DNA from: an uncultured Candidatus Saccharibacteria bacterium
Lineage (GTDB): Bacteria > Patescibacteriota > Dojkabacteria > J137
DNA: 64,000 nucleotides
NCBI GenBank assembly: GCA_965230975.1
Contig: OZ246402.1
Coordinates: 509,009-573,008, forward strand
Direction of reading: 5' to 3'
This document shows, one piece after another, positions 20,501-28,745 of the stretch. Numbering within the stretch: position 1 is the first letter of the stretch; every line of letters begins with the position of its first letter. The position numbers and the translations under genes were made by a program. Below the pieces are notes generated by a model, which saw only the letters and a program-made list of their open reading frames with translations, did no database searches and was not told the DNA's origin.

Positions 20501-21158
20501 AGCCTTTGCCGATGCAGATGTAAAACCAAGTGCAAAAAAAACAGAATTTCAAGATTGCCTAGAGGCAAGTGATACAGAAAAAATGAAGTGGGAAAAGGAG
20601 CTACTTGGTTTATTTATCTCTACTCATCCTTTACAAAATTTTGAATGGTTAAAGTTATTTAAAGAGTATGAAACGTTAAATCATGTAGATGCGATAAGGC
20701 CTGGATTCCCTGTAAAGTTTGTTGCTACAATTATTTCTAATAAGATTGTTTATACAAAAAAAGATAACAATAAAATGGCAATTTTGACTTTAGAAGATTT
20801 AACAGGTAAGTCAGATGCTGTTTTGTTCCCTAAAAGTTACGAAAAGCTAAATCACTTTATTTTAGATACTTCACCATTAATTATTAGAGGTTTGGTTAAT
20901 GAGAGGGAAGATAGAAGATCGATAATTATTAATGAAATTGAGCATGCAAAAACTTTAAACGCTCCTTCAAAGATTACAATTGATATAACCGGTGTTTCAG
21001 ACCAGGCAGAGCTTGCCTCTTTAAAGGAGTGCTTTTTTGAAGATGGTAATGTAGAAGTTACGATTCTTTATGGAGATAAATCGAAACCAAAAAAACTCGT
21101 AAGAAAAACTACCCTAAATCAAAGCACTATCGATTGCTTAAGAAAGTGGGTAAAGTAA
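17583..21158 (+). CDS. dnaE: DNA polymerase III alpha subunit
   Basis: PHP domain HLHVHTEYSMLDG, catalytic PPDIDMD, KFDFLGL, YGFNKAH, C-terminal OB fold. Confidence 0.98.
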   Translation: MPFTHLHVHTEYSMLDGVNRIPKLFERTKELGMESIAMTDHGMMTGLAEFWKLSKDFGVKPIIGCEIYVSPTNRTIREAVEGIKYYHLLLLAKDLEGYRNLIKIVSIGHLEGMYYKPRVDRETLAKYSKGLICTSACMAGPLSRHILRKQYDKAEEWLQFLKATYGQDFYLELQRHGFDGSDELTKDELSRLDSDVTEDGGEESIDASSDQKIINQKLREYSKKYNVPLVCTTDAHYLLKEDREVQTILFAVKDGRQIADDACRKGYVGTYITSPQEMDIKFSDCKEAIENTMVIADKIEPFSIAHDRVQPKYWNLPKDKTAEEELRIQTFAGAVKKYAGSDLRTGKKEKVEQSIIDKLQKEVLSGDLKNAKEFLGKDLVERLDYELKVIHDKGYDDYFLVVSDLMKWSASQGILMGVRGSVAGSAAAHCLEIVEVEPIKWELYFERFLNPERPSPPDIDMDIQDSRRDEVIKYAEEKYGKESVAAITAVGRFKTKAAIRDVARVMGIDLKIADRLSKMVKVHFGKVYPIDKMIKEDPEFASIIDGDPQLQELATHVRKIENMSRHSSVHACGHLITPGPITNYVPLQLETKGAGRQVTQLEGPWLEELGLMKFDFLGLRTLTIIQKAIEIINKKHNADIDFYTIPNDDKKTFELFSRGETIGVFQFESPPMQQYLKELKPETQEDICFLAAAYRPGAMAYISDYIKRKHGEQETQFLVPEMEAIVGKTYGFAIYQEQIIMIAVNIAGYSMGGADLLRRAMGKKKIEVMQKEEVKFKDGIKAKGFSEEVGKKLWEYLLPFADYGFNKAHAAGYAVLAYKCAYLKAHYPLEFMTALMHSDLEDLERVTIDIQESKRMGYDVLAPNVNKSDIYFSTEGNNGIRFGLGAIKNVGVKVCEKIVEEREANGPFKHMDDLVFRVGTTNINKRSLESLIKSGAMDEFGDRNAMLQIMPEVLAKANVKKKVKDEAQEDLFGAFADADVKPSAKKTEFQDCLEASDTEKMKWEKELLGLFISTHPLQNFEWLKLFKEYETLNHVDAIRPGFPVKFVATIISNKIVYTKKDNNKMAILTLEDLTGKSDAVLFPKSYEKLNHFILDTSPLIIRGLVNEREDRRSIIINEIEHAKTLNAPSKITIDITGVSDQAELASLKECFFEDGNVEVTILYGDKSKPKKLVRKTTLNQSTIDCLRKWVK

Positions 21159-21244
21159 CCTATAATATACTTTCACAATTTCTACTAGTGCCAAATAAGT
21201 TAGTAAGTATATAATGGCGGGAATTATCTATTTAAGTAAATTAA

Positions 21245-22651
21245 ATGCCATCAGATTTGAATATTGGGAGTAGTGAACGAAATGAGTTATTTCAAAAAAG
21301 AAGTACGAATTATATAGGGCCGGACGAATCGCTTCTGGAAGATCCAATCTACTCAGTGGCAAAGCCGCTTACTATGGATGAGATTCTCACTACGGGTAGA
21401 TATTCTACATTATATGCAGAATATCAAGGGGAATTTACTGAGCAAGAGGTTTTAAATGCTATTCAAACTATCGTTAATCACTGCCCAGATTTAGCAAGAA
21501 TATTAAATTATGGCAACGATGAACTTTTATATTTTGCCCCAAATTTTGATAAATCAAAAGGTGTAAAAGTAGTATGCATAGATGATTCTTCAGTTGATGC
21601 AAAAGCGTTATTTGAAAATGAATACAATAGATACGAAGGAAATGTTGACACTAGTCTGCTAAAAATCTTCTATGTTAAAGGTAATCCAAGCAAATTTATG
21701 TTTTTTGCAGATCACTTTTTATTAGATGGAGTTGGTCACGATGTTTTATTAAGTGTCTTATTACATTTACTAGAATATCCGAATGATTTAAGTGTTTTAG
21801 ACAACTTGCCAAGATCTGTAATGCACCCAAGTAATGAACTTTATAAACCGGGAAAAACTCCAGCTGTTGCTAAATTTATTGCAGATAGAATAATGCAAAT
21901 GAATAATCCTGAAAGTATGGATTTGTATCGAGAACTTTCAAATTTAAGCTACAAGTTATTTGAAGTATATTTATCACCAGAAGAAGTTACTGCAATAAAA
22001 CTTAAATGCAAAATAGAAGGCGTTTCGTTTAATGACTTCTTTGTTGCTGCAGTATTGAAAACATATAGCAATGTTGGTTTATTAAATCCCGGATACCAAA
22101 TGGTAGGGCAGGTAGTTGATTCAAGAAGCTCATTAGGTATTCATAAAAATGCACTAGGGGATAATAAAGACTTGGATATTAGGATTTTGCTTTCAGATAT
22201 TTCCAAGAAAGATGTTTGGACTTTAGCAAAAAATCTTAGGAATACATTTTTAAACTCTAAGAATTTTGGAATTTCAATCACAAGACAGCTAGCCAAAGTT
22301 GCTTACCCGGGCTTCAAAACGGAGAGTGTACAAGCAGTAAATGTAACAGGAGCAATGGCTATGACAATGGTATCCAATCTTGGAGTAGTTGGTAGAAGGT
22401 TTTCAGATTCAGAAAGTATGCAAGAAATAAGTCAAAAGCTTGGTCAAACTTTCTTTGCTGTTCAGCATACTCCAATTGCACCATTGCCAATTATTGGTAC
22501 TGCAGGTAGCATTCGCGGGGGTACAACAATTACCACTGCAGTCCAAGATGACTTTGAGGGAGATATACTAAGTGCTAATGACATAGAAGAGTTTTGTAAT
22601 GAAATAAAAAGACTATTTACCGAATCTATGAAGGAAAATTTTGAGGCATAA
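21245..22651 (+). CDS. Condensation-domain/CoA-dependent acyltransferase-fold protein
   Basis: DHFLLDGVG (HxxxDG), K.EGVSFNDFFVAA, VDSR and VSNLG motifs typical of the CAT-like/PapA5/C-domain fold. Confidence 0.65.
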   Translation: MPSDLNIGSSERNELFQKRSTNYIGPDESLLEDPIYSVAKPLTMDEILTTGRYSTLYAEYQGEFTEQEVLNAIQTIVNHCPDLARILNYGNDELLYFAPNFDKSKGVKVVCIDDSSVDAKALFENEYNRYEGNVDTSLLKIFYVKGNPSKFMFFADHFLLDGVGHDVLLSVLLHLLEYPNDLSVLDNLPRSVMHPSNELYKPGKTPAVAKFIADRIMQMNNPESMDLYRELSNLSYKLFEVYLSPEEVTAIKLKCKIEGVSFNDFFVAAVLKTYSNVGLLNPGYQMVGQVVDSRSSLGIHKNALGDNKDLDIRILLSDISKKDVWTLAKNLRNTFLNSKNFGISITRQLAKVAYPGFKTESVQAVNVTGAMAMTMVSNLGVVGRRFSDSESMQEISQKLGQTFFAVQHTPIAPLPIIGTAGSIRGGTTITTAVQDDFEGDILSANDIEEFCNEIKRLFTESMKENFEA

Positions 22652-22719
22652 TATCTATCGATTGTCTATGAAAGTGGGTAAAATAGAATAGATATATATC
22701 GACGTGATATAATCTATGT

Positions 22720-23940
22720 ATGAAAAAGATATTACTGCCGACAAATTTTACTACTCCACGAGCTGTAGATGCATTAAGTAACAGTGTTCAATATAATTTT
22801 AATGCAATAGTTATAGCACTTGCCGATAAATACAGCATCCCAATGGCATTAATAAACTCTCCAGAAGATATCAAATCAGATACTTATGGTATAGGGACTG
22901 CTCCTAGTCGTTATTTTGATACACTAAATCAAATTACAAACGAAGTTGGGATAAATAAACCAAGAAGACTTAAATTAAATGAACTTAAAAGCGAGATTGC
23001 TAAGAATGGTACACTTATATGTAAAAATCCTTATCAACATAGAGGTGAAGGTGTTTATTTAGTAGAGTCTGTCGATGAACTATTAAAGTTGCTTGCTTGG
23101 AAATTAAACACACATAGATTAGCTGGCCAAAAAAGTTACGGTACTGATGATAACCTACCACAAGTTACTTCAATCAGAAATGCAAAAATAGTTTTAGATG
23201 AACTAATTAAAGAAGTAAACGGTATTCTTGATACTGGATCAGCTAATAGTGAGTACGCACAGCATATTATCGATTCTTTAGTATTTGAAGAATATATTCC
23301 AAGTGGAATTACTACACGCATATTGGTTGATGCCTTTGGCGAAATTCAATATGTTCTAATGTTAAAAAATATACCTCATGAAATAGACCATACAATTAAA
23401 TACCCCCAAATAGACCCAGAAACTGATCCGTGGTGGGGATATTTAGGAACTTGGGATTATCCTTTTCATTTACCCATAGACATTCCTAGGCTTCATCCTC
23501 TGAGCCCTGTTAAGTGTTGCACAAAAATCATAACTTCTAATAAGGCTAGTGGGGGTATGTCTATTCCTATTTATTCTCTAGTCGATCATATTGATATCTC
23601 ATATGAACAACAGGCAGTTGTGTCCCAAACAAATTTAATGGTAAATAGTATTCAAGGCTTACCCATAAGCCAGTTAAAACAGATAGCATTATTATGTTCA
23701 AAATATGCCCTTTTTTCAGGGATAGATTTAATATTCGACAATGGCGAATGGAAATTTTTGGAAGTGAATCTAATGCCAAGTATTACTTCGGATTTATTGG
23801 TACCACCAGACTTTACAATAGAAGATTTAGATTTAGAATTAGATGATTCTTTGCTTCAACTAGTAAAATCTAGTCCTCCACATCTAGCCACATTATATTT
23901 ATATGACATAGTATTTAAGAAAATATCTACAGAATGCTGA
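22720..23940 (+). CDS. Divergent ATP-grasp (RimK-like) protein
   Basis: ICKNP..HRGEGVYLV, FEEYIP, GIDLIFD....FLEVNLMP. Confidence 0.7.
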   Translation: MKKILLPTNFTTPRAVDALSNSVQYNFNAIVIALADKYSIPMALINSPEDIKSDTYGIGTAPSRYFDTLNQITNEVGINKPRRLKLNELKSEIAKNGTLICKNPYQHRGEGVYLVESVDELLKLLAWKLNTHRLAGQKSYGTDDNLPQVTSIRNAKIVLDELIKEVNGILDTGSANSEYAQHIIDSLVFEEYIPSGITTRILVDAFGEIQYVLMLKNIPHEIDHTIKYPQIDPETDPWWGYLGTWDYPFHLPIDIPRLHPLSPVKCCTKIITSNKASGGMSIPIYSLVDHIDISYEQQAVVSQTNLMVNSIQGLPISQLKQIALLCSKYALFSGIDLIFDNGEWKFLEVNLMPSITSDLLVPPDFTIEDLDLELDDSLLQLVKSSPPHLATLYLYDIVFKKISTEC

Positions 23941-23971
23941 GAAATCCTATTAGTAGAATATATACATATAA

Positions 23972-24000
23972 TTGAACAATATTTTAATTTCTGATATCAT
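23972..24000 (+). promoter_or_regulatory. Sigma70-type promoter of the metG leader
   Basis: TTGAAC-17 bp-TATCAT with extended TG. Confidence 0.65.
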
Positions 24001-24008
24001 CACTCTCA

Positions 24009-24074
24009 ATGAGAAACACAAAAACACAATCACAATTCTTTATGATGATGTTTACCCTCGAATATTGGGGTTAA
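24009..24074 (+). CDS. metG attenuator leader peptide MRNTKTQSQFFMMMFTLEYWG
   Basis: Three tandem ATG codons at 24042-24050, directly upstream of a terminator and metG. Confidence 0.8.
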   Translation: MRNTKTQSQFFMMMFTLEYWG

Positions 24075-24096
24075 TTCTCAGATCTATAAATCTCAG

Positions 24097-24122
24097 AACC
24101 CCCGATATATCGGGGGTTTTTT
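24097..24122 (+). terminator. Attenuator terminator upstream of metG
   Basis: AACCCCCGA-tata-TCGGGGGTT followed by a T tract. Confidence 0.9.
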
Positions 24123-24181
24123 ATTTATGCGCTATAAATTAAATTTTAATGTAAAATCAAATATCTATTAATTTAAAAACA

Positions 24182-25630
24182 ATGAACAACAATTTTTATA
24201 TAACAACACCAATCTTTTACCCAACAGGTACACCGCACATTGGTACTGCCTACGACGTCTTTATTGCAGATACATTAGCAAGATATTACAGACAAAAGTG
24301 GGGAGAAGAAAATGTATTCTTTTTAACAGGAACAGATGAGCATGGTGCAAACATTGCCAAAAAGGCAACAGAAGAAGGCATTACACCCCAAGAATATGTA
24401 GATAGGTTTGCAAAAATCTACCAAGATTCATGGAGAGCTTTGAACATTTCAAATAATGACTTTATAAGAACCACAAACAAAGAACACGAAAAGTTTATTC
24501 AAGAACTTATTCAAAAGTCTTACGATAATGGAGACCTTTACGAAGGTGAATACTCGGGCTGGTATTGTGAATCTTGCGAAGCTTACTACACAGAAGATGA
24601 CTTAGTAGAAGGAAAATGTCCTAACCACCCAACAAAAACTCCTGTATTTACAACAGAAAAAAACTACTACTTTAAACTTTCAAAATATCAAGATTGGCTT
24701 TTAAAGTATTTAGAAGAAAACAAAGATTTTGTAAGACCTCAAAAGTGGTATGACTATGTTATAGGTCTTGTAAAAGCAGGACTTAAAGATATTCCTGTAA
24801 CGAGAGCAAATGTAAAATGGGGTGTTCCAGTTCCATGGAACCCAGAACAAACAATTTATGTTTGGTACGACGCTTTACCAAACTATCTTTCTGTTTTGCA
24901 CCAAGAAGAATATGCAAAACAAGATTACTATAATAAATTTTGGCAATCTGCTCACCATTTAGTAGGTAAAGATATTTTAAAGTTCCATGCAATTTTATGG
25001 CCTGCAATGCTTAAATCTGCAGGTTACCCATTGCCACAGCAAGTTATTGTGCATGGTTTCTTTACTGTAGATGGTCAAAAGATTGGGAAGAGTAATAATA
25101 ATGCGATTGACCCAAGCGAATTGGCTCAAAAATACACAATTGATGGTGTTAGATATGCATTGCTTTCCGAATTTCAATTAGGAAATGATGGTGACTTTAA
25201 CTTCAATAGGCTTGAAATTAAATACAATTCAGATTTAGCTAACAACTTTGGTAATTTGTTAAATAGAGTAATCCACTTGGCAAATAAAAAAGGTTTAAAG
25301 TTTCTTGATTTACCAATAGAAGATGAATTCTTTAAACAGGTGGATAAGTATGTTGTAGATTACCATAAGCACTTTGAGAACTTGGAGATTTTTGAAGCGA
25401 TTCAAACAACTACAGAGCTTTGTAGTTGGGCAAATCAATATGTGAACGATACTAAACCTTGGGAGGAATCTGCAGATGCAGCAAAGATTTTGGGTAACTT
25501 ATATTACTTGCTAAAGGTAGCGGTAATATTCTTTACACCAATAATCCCTGAAAGTGCAGAGAAGGCGCACAATGCTTTATTTAAGCAGGAAACGATTATT
25601 CTTTTTCCTAAAATCGAGCAGAAAAAATAA
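24182..25630 (+). CDS. metG: Methionine--tRNA ligase (short form, no C-terminal tRNA-binding domain)
   Basis: FYITTPIFY, PHIGTAY, GTDEHG, Zn knuckle CESC..CPNH, YVWYDAL, KIGKS. Confidence 0.97.
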   Translation: MNNNFYITTPIFYPTGTPHIGTAYDVFIADTLARYYRQKWGEENVFFLTGTDEHGANIAKKATEEGITPQEYVDRFAKIYQDSWRALNISNNDFIRTTNKEHEKFIQELIQKSYDNGDLYEGEYSGWYCESCEAYYTEDDLVEGKCPNHPTKTPVFTTEKNYYFKLSKYQDWLLKYLEENKDFVRPQKWYDYVIGLVKAGLKDIPVTRANVKWGVPVPWNPEQTIYVWYDALPNYLSVLHQEEYAKQDYYNKFWQSAHHLVGKDILKFHAILWPAMLKSAGYPLPQQVIVHGFFTVDGQKIGKSNNNAIDPSELAQKYTIDGVRYALLSEFQLGNDGDFNFNRLEIKYNSDLANNFGNLLNRVIHLANKKGLKFLDLPIEDEFFKQVDKYVVDYHKHFENLEIFEAIQTTTELCSWANQYVNDTKPWEESADAAKILGNLYYLLKVAVIFFTPIIPESAEKAHNALFKQETIILFPKIEQKK

Positions 25631-25678
25631 TTAGCTCAGAACTTGGCAGGTGAGAATCAAACTAGAAATTTTAAGCTA

Positions 25679-25978
25679 TTAATCATTATAGTCCAAAGTA
25701 TTTGCATACTCATTCAAAAGCCTGCCAAGTTCTTTCTTTTGAACATCAATAGCATTTTTTTCTGCTTGGTAAGATTCCCTGTCTTTTTGCTTTTGTTCTA
25801 AATAAGTTTGATTATTCTTTTCTTTATCTATAATTGGATTCTTAACCCGCCTTAAATCCTCGTAAATTAAATATCGAACATAATTTTGGAAAGATAAACC
25901 CATATCCTCGGCTAAATCTGATGCAACTTGAAACATATTGCTAGATAGACGAATGCTTTTTTGAACTGACTTATTCAT
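25679..25978 (-). CDS. Ribbon-helix-helix (CopG-like) DNA-binding protein with coiled C-terminus
   Basis: QKSIRLSSNMFQVASDLAEDMGLSFQNYVRYLI fits the RHH pattern; start set at MNKSV. Confidence 0.65.
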   Translation of the reverse strand: MNKSVQKSIRLSSNMFQVASDLAEDMGLSFQNYVRYLIYEDLRRVKNPIIDKEKNNQTYLEQKQKDRESYQAEKNAIDVQKKELGRLLNEYANTLDYND

Positions 25979-26045
25979 GCTAATATCACTAACTAAGATC
26001 ACTAAATAGTTAAATAAAAGTATTCAAATTTCATACTTTTATAAG

Positions 26046-26116
26046 TGGTACCAAGCTGTTAAGTTTTTTATTATTTTTGGTACCATTTGCTAACAAATTG
26101 GTACCACCGAGGTACC
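26046..26116. promoter_or_regulatory. Array of four GGTACC palindromes, putative operator of the RHH gene
   Basis: GGTACC at 26047, 26079, 26100 and 26111; three are TGGTACCA. Confidence 0.6.
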
Positions 26117-26325
26117 CTATTAAAATGGACTACTTTATTTATTCTCCTGTACCAGCTCATATCAAAATTTTAAACAATAATTCTTACAAAAACCTTGCAT
26201 TATAAAATATTTATTAAAGCAACTGCTATTTAAGTATTGAGATATTTTTCAGGATAAATTTAGGTTTATAGAAAATGCAGTTAGCTTGTCCTAAGTGTAT
26301 GCATAGGTTTATAAATAAACTTAAG

Positions 26326-28020
26326 CTATTTATTCCCAAATGAATTTAGAAGAGTGTTCGCGTGTTCTGAGTTTTTTAAATAATCTCTTAGTGTTATAAA
26401 TTTAACAGGTCCTTGATCTAAATCATTTCTATACTTTTTAATCTCCCTGAACAATTCTCTAAGTTTTGGATCATCAATATTAAACCAGTCAGGGTGAGAT
26501 AAAAATACTACTAGCTTATCTGTTGATAAAAACTCTCCGTGGTTGTAGTTTGCATTGAAATTAGCAATCATCTCTTGAGCGCTACTCCAGTAAGAATCTG
26601 CTCCATTATTTGGGATCTCTAACAAATTCATGTTATTAGAATTACTGGTGTTTTGATCTACTTTAGAGGGAATATATGGCTGACTTGTATTTAATAAGTC
26701 CCAGGCTTGAGTAAACTTGTTTTTACCTATTTCAAAAGAGACCCTTCCAGAAGAATCGTAAATTAAACCGTTATCTTGAATAGCTTTTAATGTATCTATA
26801 TTGGCAAACCAACCTCCTGCTCTATACCCTTGAATTTTGGGAATGTCATAGTTACTAAATTTTTTGAATTTGTCTTCTAAGGTAGTTATTCCCCAGTCTA
26901 TAATTTTTTTTACCTCATCGTAAGAGTAGGCGGTTGTTGGGGTATCGTATCCACTTACTCCACTATCCCAAGATGGTTCATTATATTTTGCTTTTACACC
27001 TGCTTCTTCTACCAAGTCATGTTGCATATGCATATGTAGGCTCAAATCATCGCCAGCTTTTATTCTATTTACTACCCAATCGGTAACCTCTTTTCTTCTT
27101 TGATCTGTGGTCCTTAAATAGATATAAATTCTTGGATTAAAAAAATGAGTCATTGGTACATTGTATTCTGTAGATATAGAAGCCATATCGTTTAAATACT
27201 TTTGATCCGGTGCTGTTCCTTCCCAATCTATTGTCCAAGCTACATATAAAGGCGCAGTGTAATAAAAGCTAAAAGTATTAGATTTGTAAACTTTTGAATC
27301 TTTTATGAAATATACATAAAAAGAGTTTTCTCCAACATTCAATAGGCTTGTGGGTAGTTCAAATTGCCCATTAACCAAACTTTTACTAATTTCTGCTGAT
27401 TTATTATCGTTAATTACAACTTTAATTGTAGTATTTTCTATTTCTAATGCCGTTTGTACTTTTGCAAAAACGCTAGATACATTGTTTTCTTTTAAAATCC
27501 AAGTTTTATCAAGGCTAACATTAACTTGTGTTTTTTCTTCTAAATCTAAAGATGAATTTGTTTTTAAAGTTTCTGTAAAAGTGTTTAAGTTTGATTTTGA
27601 TGCGGTTTTGTTTCCAAAATACAAAAAGTATTTGCTAAACATTTTTTGATTATTAAATTTTATAGTTGTTTTAACGCTATCCGGATTTTTTATGTCAAAG
27701 GGTATTATAGAACTTTCTGTATCACTTTGCCCAATAACATTTAAGTCAAAGCCAGATGGCAATGACTTATTATCTATAACCATTTCTGCGTGGTTGATCT
27801 CTAAAACAATTTGCTGGGCATTTTGGTCAAGGATAATCTCTTTTCTGAAAGGTGATTTTGAATCTGACCAAAATGCCCTGAAAGATGGCATTGTTGGATT
27901 TTCGGGTATTTGTGTATTTGCAAAAAGATTATCTTTAAAAAAGAAAAAGCCAAAAGCAATAATCCCAACTATTAATATAATTAAAAAATTGTTACTCTTC
28001 TTTTTACGTCTTCTTTGCAT
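26326..28020 (-). CDS. Membrane-anchored polysaccharide deacetylase-family protein
   Basis: WTIDWEG, LSLHMH, GYRAGGW, YDSS, FLSHPDW; N-terminal TM helix and beta domains. Confidence 0.8.
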   Translation of the reverse strand: MQRRRKKKSNNFLIILIVGIIAFGFFFFKDNLFANTQIPENPTMPSFRAFWSDSKSPFRKEIILDQNAQQIVLEINHAEMVIDNKSLPSGFDLNVIGQSDTESSIIPFDIKNPDSVKTTIKFNNQKMFSKYFLYFGNKTASKSNLNTFTETLKTNSSLDLEEKTQVNVSLDKTWILKENNVSSVFAKVQTALEIENTTIKVVINDNKSAEISKSLVNGQFELPTSLLNVGENSFYVYFIKDSKVYKSNTFSFYYTAPLYVAWTIDWEGTAPDQKYLNDMASISTEYNVPMTHFFNPRIYIYLRTTDQRRKEVTDWVVNRIKAGDDLSLHMHMQHDLVEEAGVKAKYNEPSWDSGVSGYDTPTTAYSYDEVKKIIDWGITTLEDKFKKFSNYDIPKIQGYRAGGWFANIDTLKAIQDNGLIYDSSGRVSFEIGKNKFTQAWDLLNTSQPYIPSKVDQNTSNSNNMNLLEIPNNGADSYWSSAQEMIANFNANYNHGEFLSTDKLVVFLSHPDWFNIDDPKLRELFREIKKYRNDLDQGPVKFITLRDYLKNSEHANTLLNSFGNK

Positions 28021-28084
28021 AAATATATTCTACATTAATTATGCTAATTTACGAAAGTTTCTTGTGACTGTATAATAAAAATCT

Positions 28085-28636
28085 ATGCAAAAAGAATTGC
28101 CCATAAAATTTTTAGTAATATCTGCATTCGGATTTTCTTTAATGACGGGCATTTTGTTTTCTAGCATGTGGCTTGTGCAAACAGTTTTGTGGACAATCCT
28201 TTCTAGTGTTATTTATTTCTTTTATTTTAAAGATTTAAATTTTAAATATAAGGTAATTTTCTTATATATTTTTGCTTCTTACCTAATTTTAGAGTCGTTT
28301 TTAAAGATGGTAATCTTTTACTCTGGTAATGGAAGCATTTGGTTTAATACATTAGAACACTTTATGTGGAGTTTTTATTTTAGTGCTTTAATTTACTTTC
28401 CTCTTTTCAAAGCTTTAAAAGGGAAAAAACTACTTTTTTGTGCATTAATATTACTATCTATAGTAAATTTAATTGGGGTTTTAAATGAATTGGTTGAGTT
28501 TGTAATAAGATCTATTAATGGTTTAGAGGATTTGCCATATTATCAAGATTCTATAAGAGATTTGTTTTTAAATATAGTTGGCTCTTTTGCATTTTCGGTT
28601 ATAATAATTTATAAGAAAATAAAAAAAGATGTTTAA
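28085..28636 (+). CDS. Integral membrane protein (DUF2238/VanZ-like)
   Basis: WFNTLEHF, NELVEF, DSIRDLFLNIVG. Confidence 0.65.
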   Translation: MQKELPIKFLVISAFGFSLMTGILFSSMWLVQTVLWTILSSVIYFFYFKDLNFKYKVIFLYIFASYLILESFLKMVIFYSGNGSIWFNTLEHFMWSFYFSALIYFPLFKALKGKKLLFCALILLSIVNLIGVLNELVEFVIRSINGLEDLPYYQDSIRDLFLNIVGSFAFSVIIIYKKIKKDV

Positions 28637-28679
28637 TCAACTTTATATAAATGCAAATTGTTGTTGTCCTTACTGTTAA
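28629..28679 (+). CDS. Cys attenuator leader peptide MFNQLYINANCCCPYC
   Basis: TGT x3 at 28659-28667 plus TGT at 28674. Upstream of a terminator and the PIG-L/cysS genes. Confidence 0.75.
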   Translation: MFNQLYINANCCCPYC

Positions 28680-28706
28680 ATATAGGAGGACTTTTTTGTA
28701 TGTATC

Positions 28707-28727
28707 GCCTCCTTAACGGAGGTTTTT
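28707..28727 (+). terminator. Attenuator terminator upstream of PIG-L/cysS
   Basis: GCCTCC-ttaac-GGAGGT followed by a T tract. Confidence 0.8.
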
Positions 28728-28745
28728 AATTTTTAAATAAATATA

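Noticed and set aside
28651-28716. Alternative Val-rich frame MQIVVVLTVKYRRTFLYVSPP
   Set aside because: By-product of the TGT run. It extends into the terminator, and the downstream synthetase is cysS.
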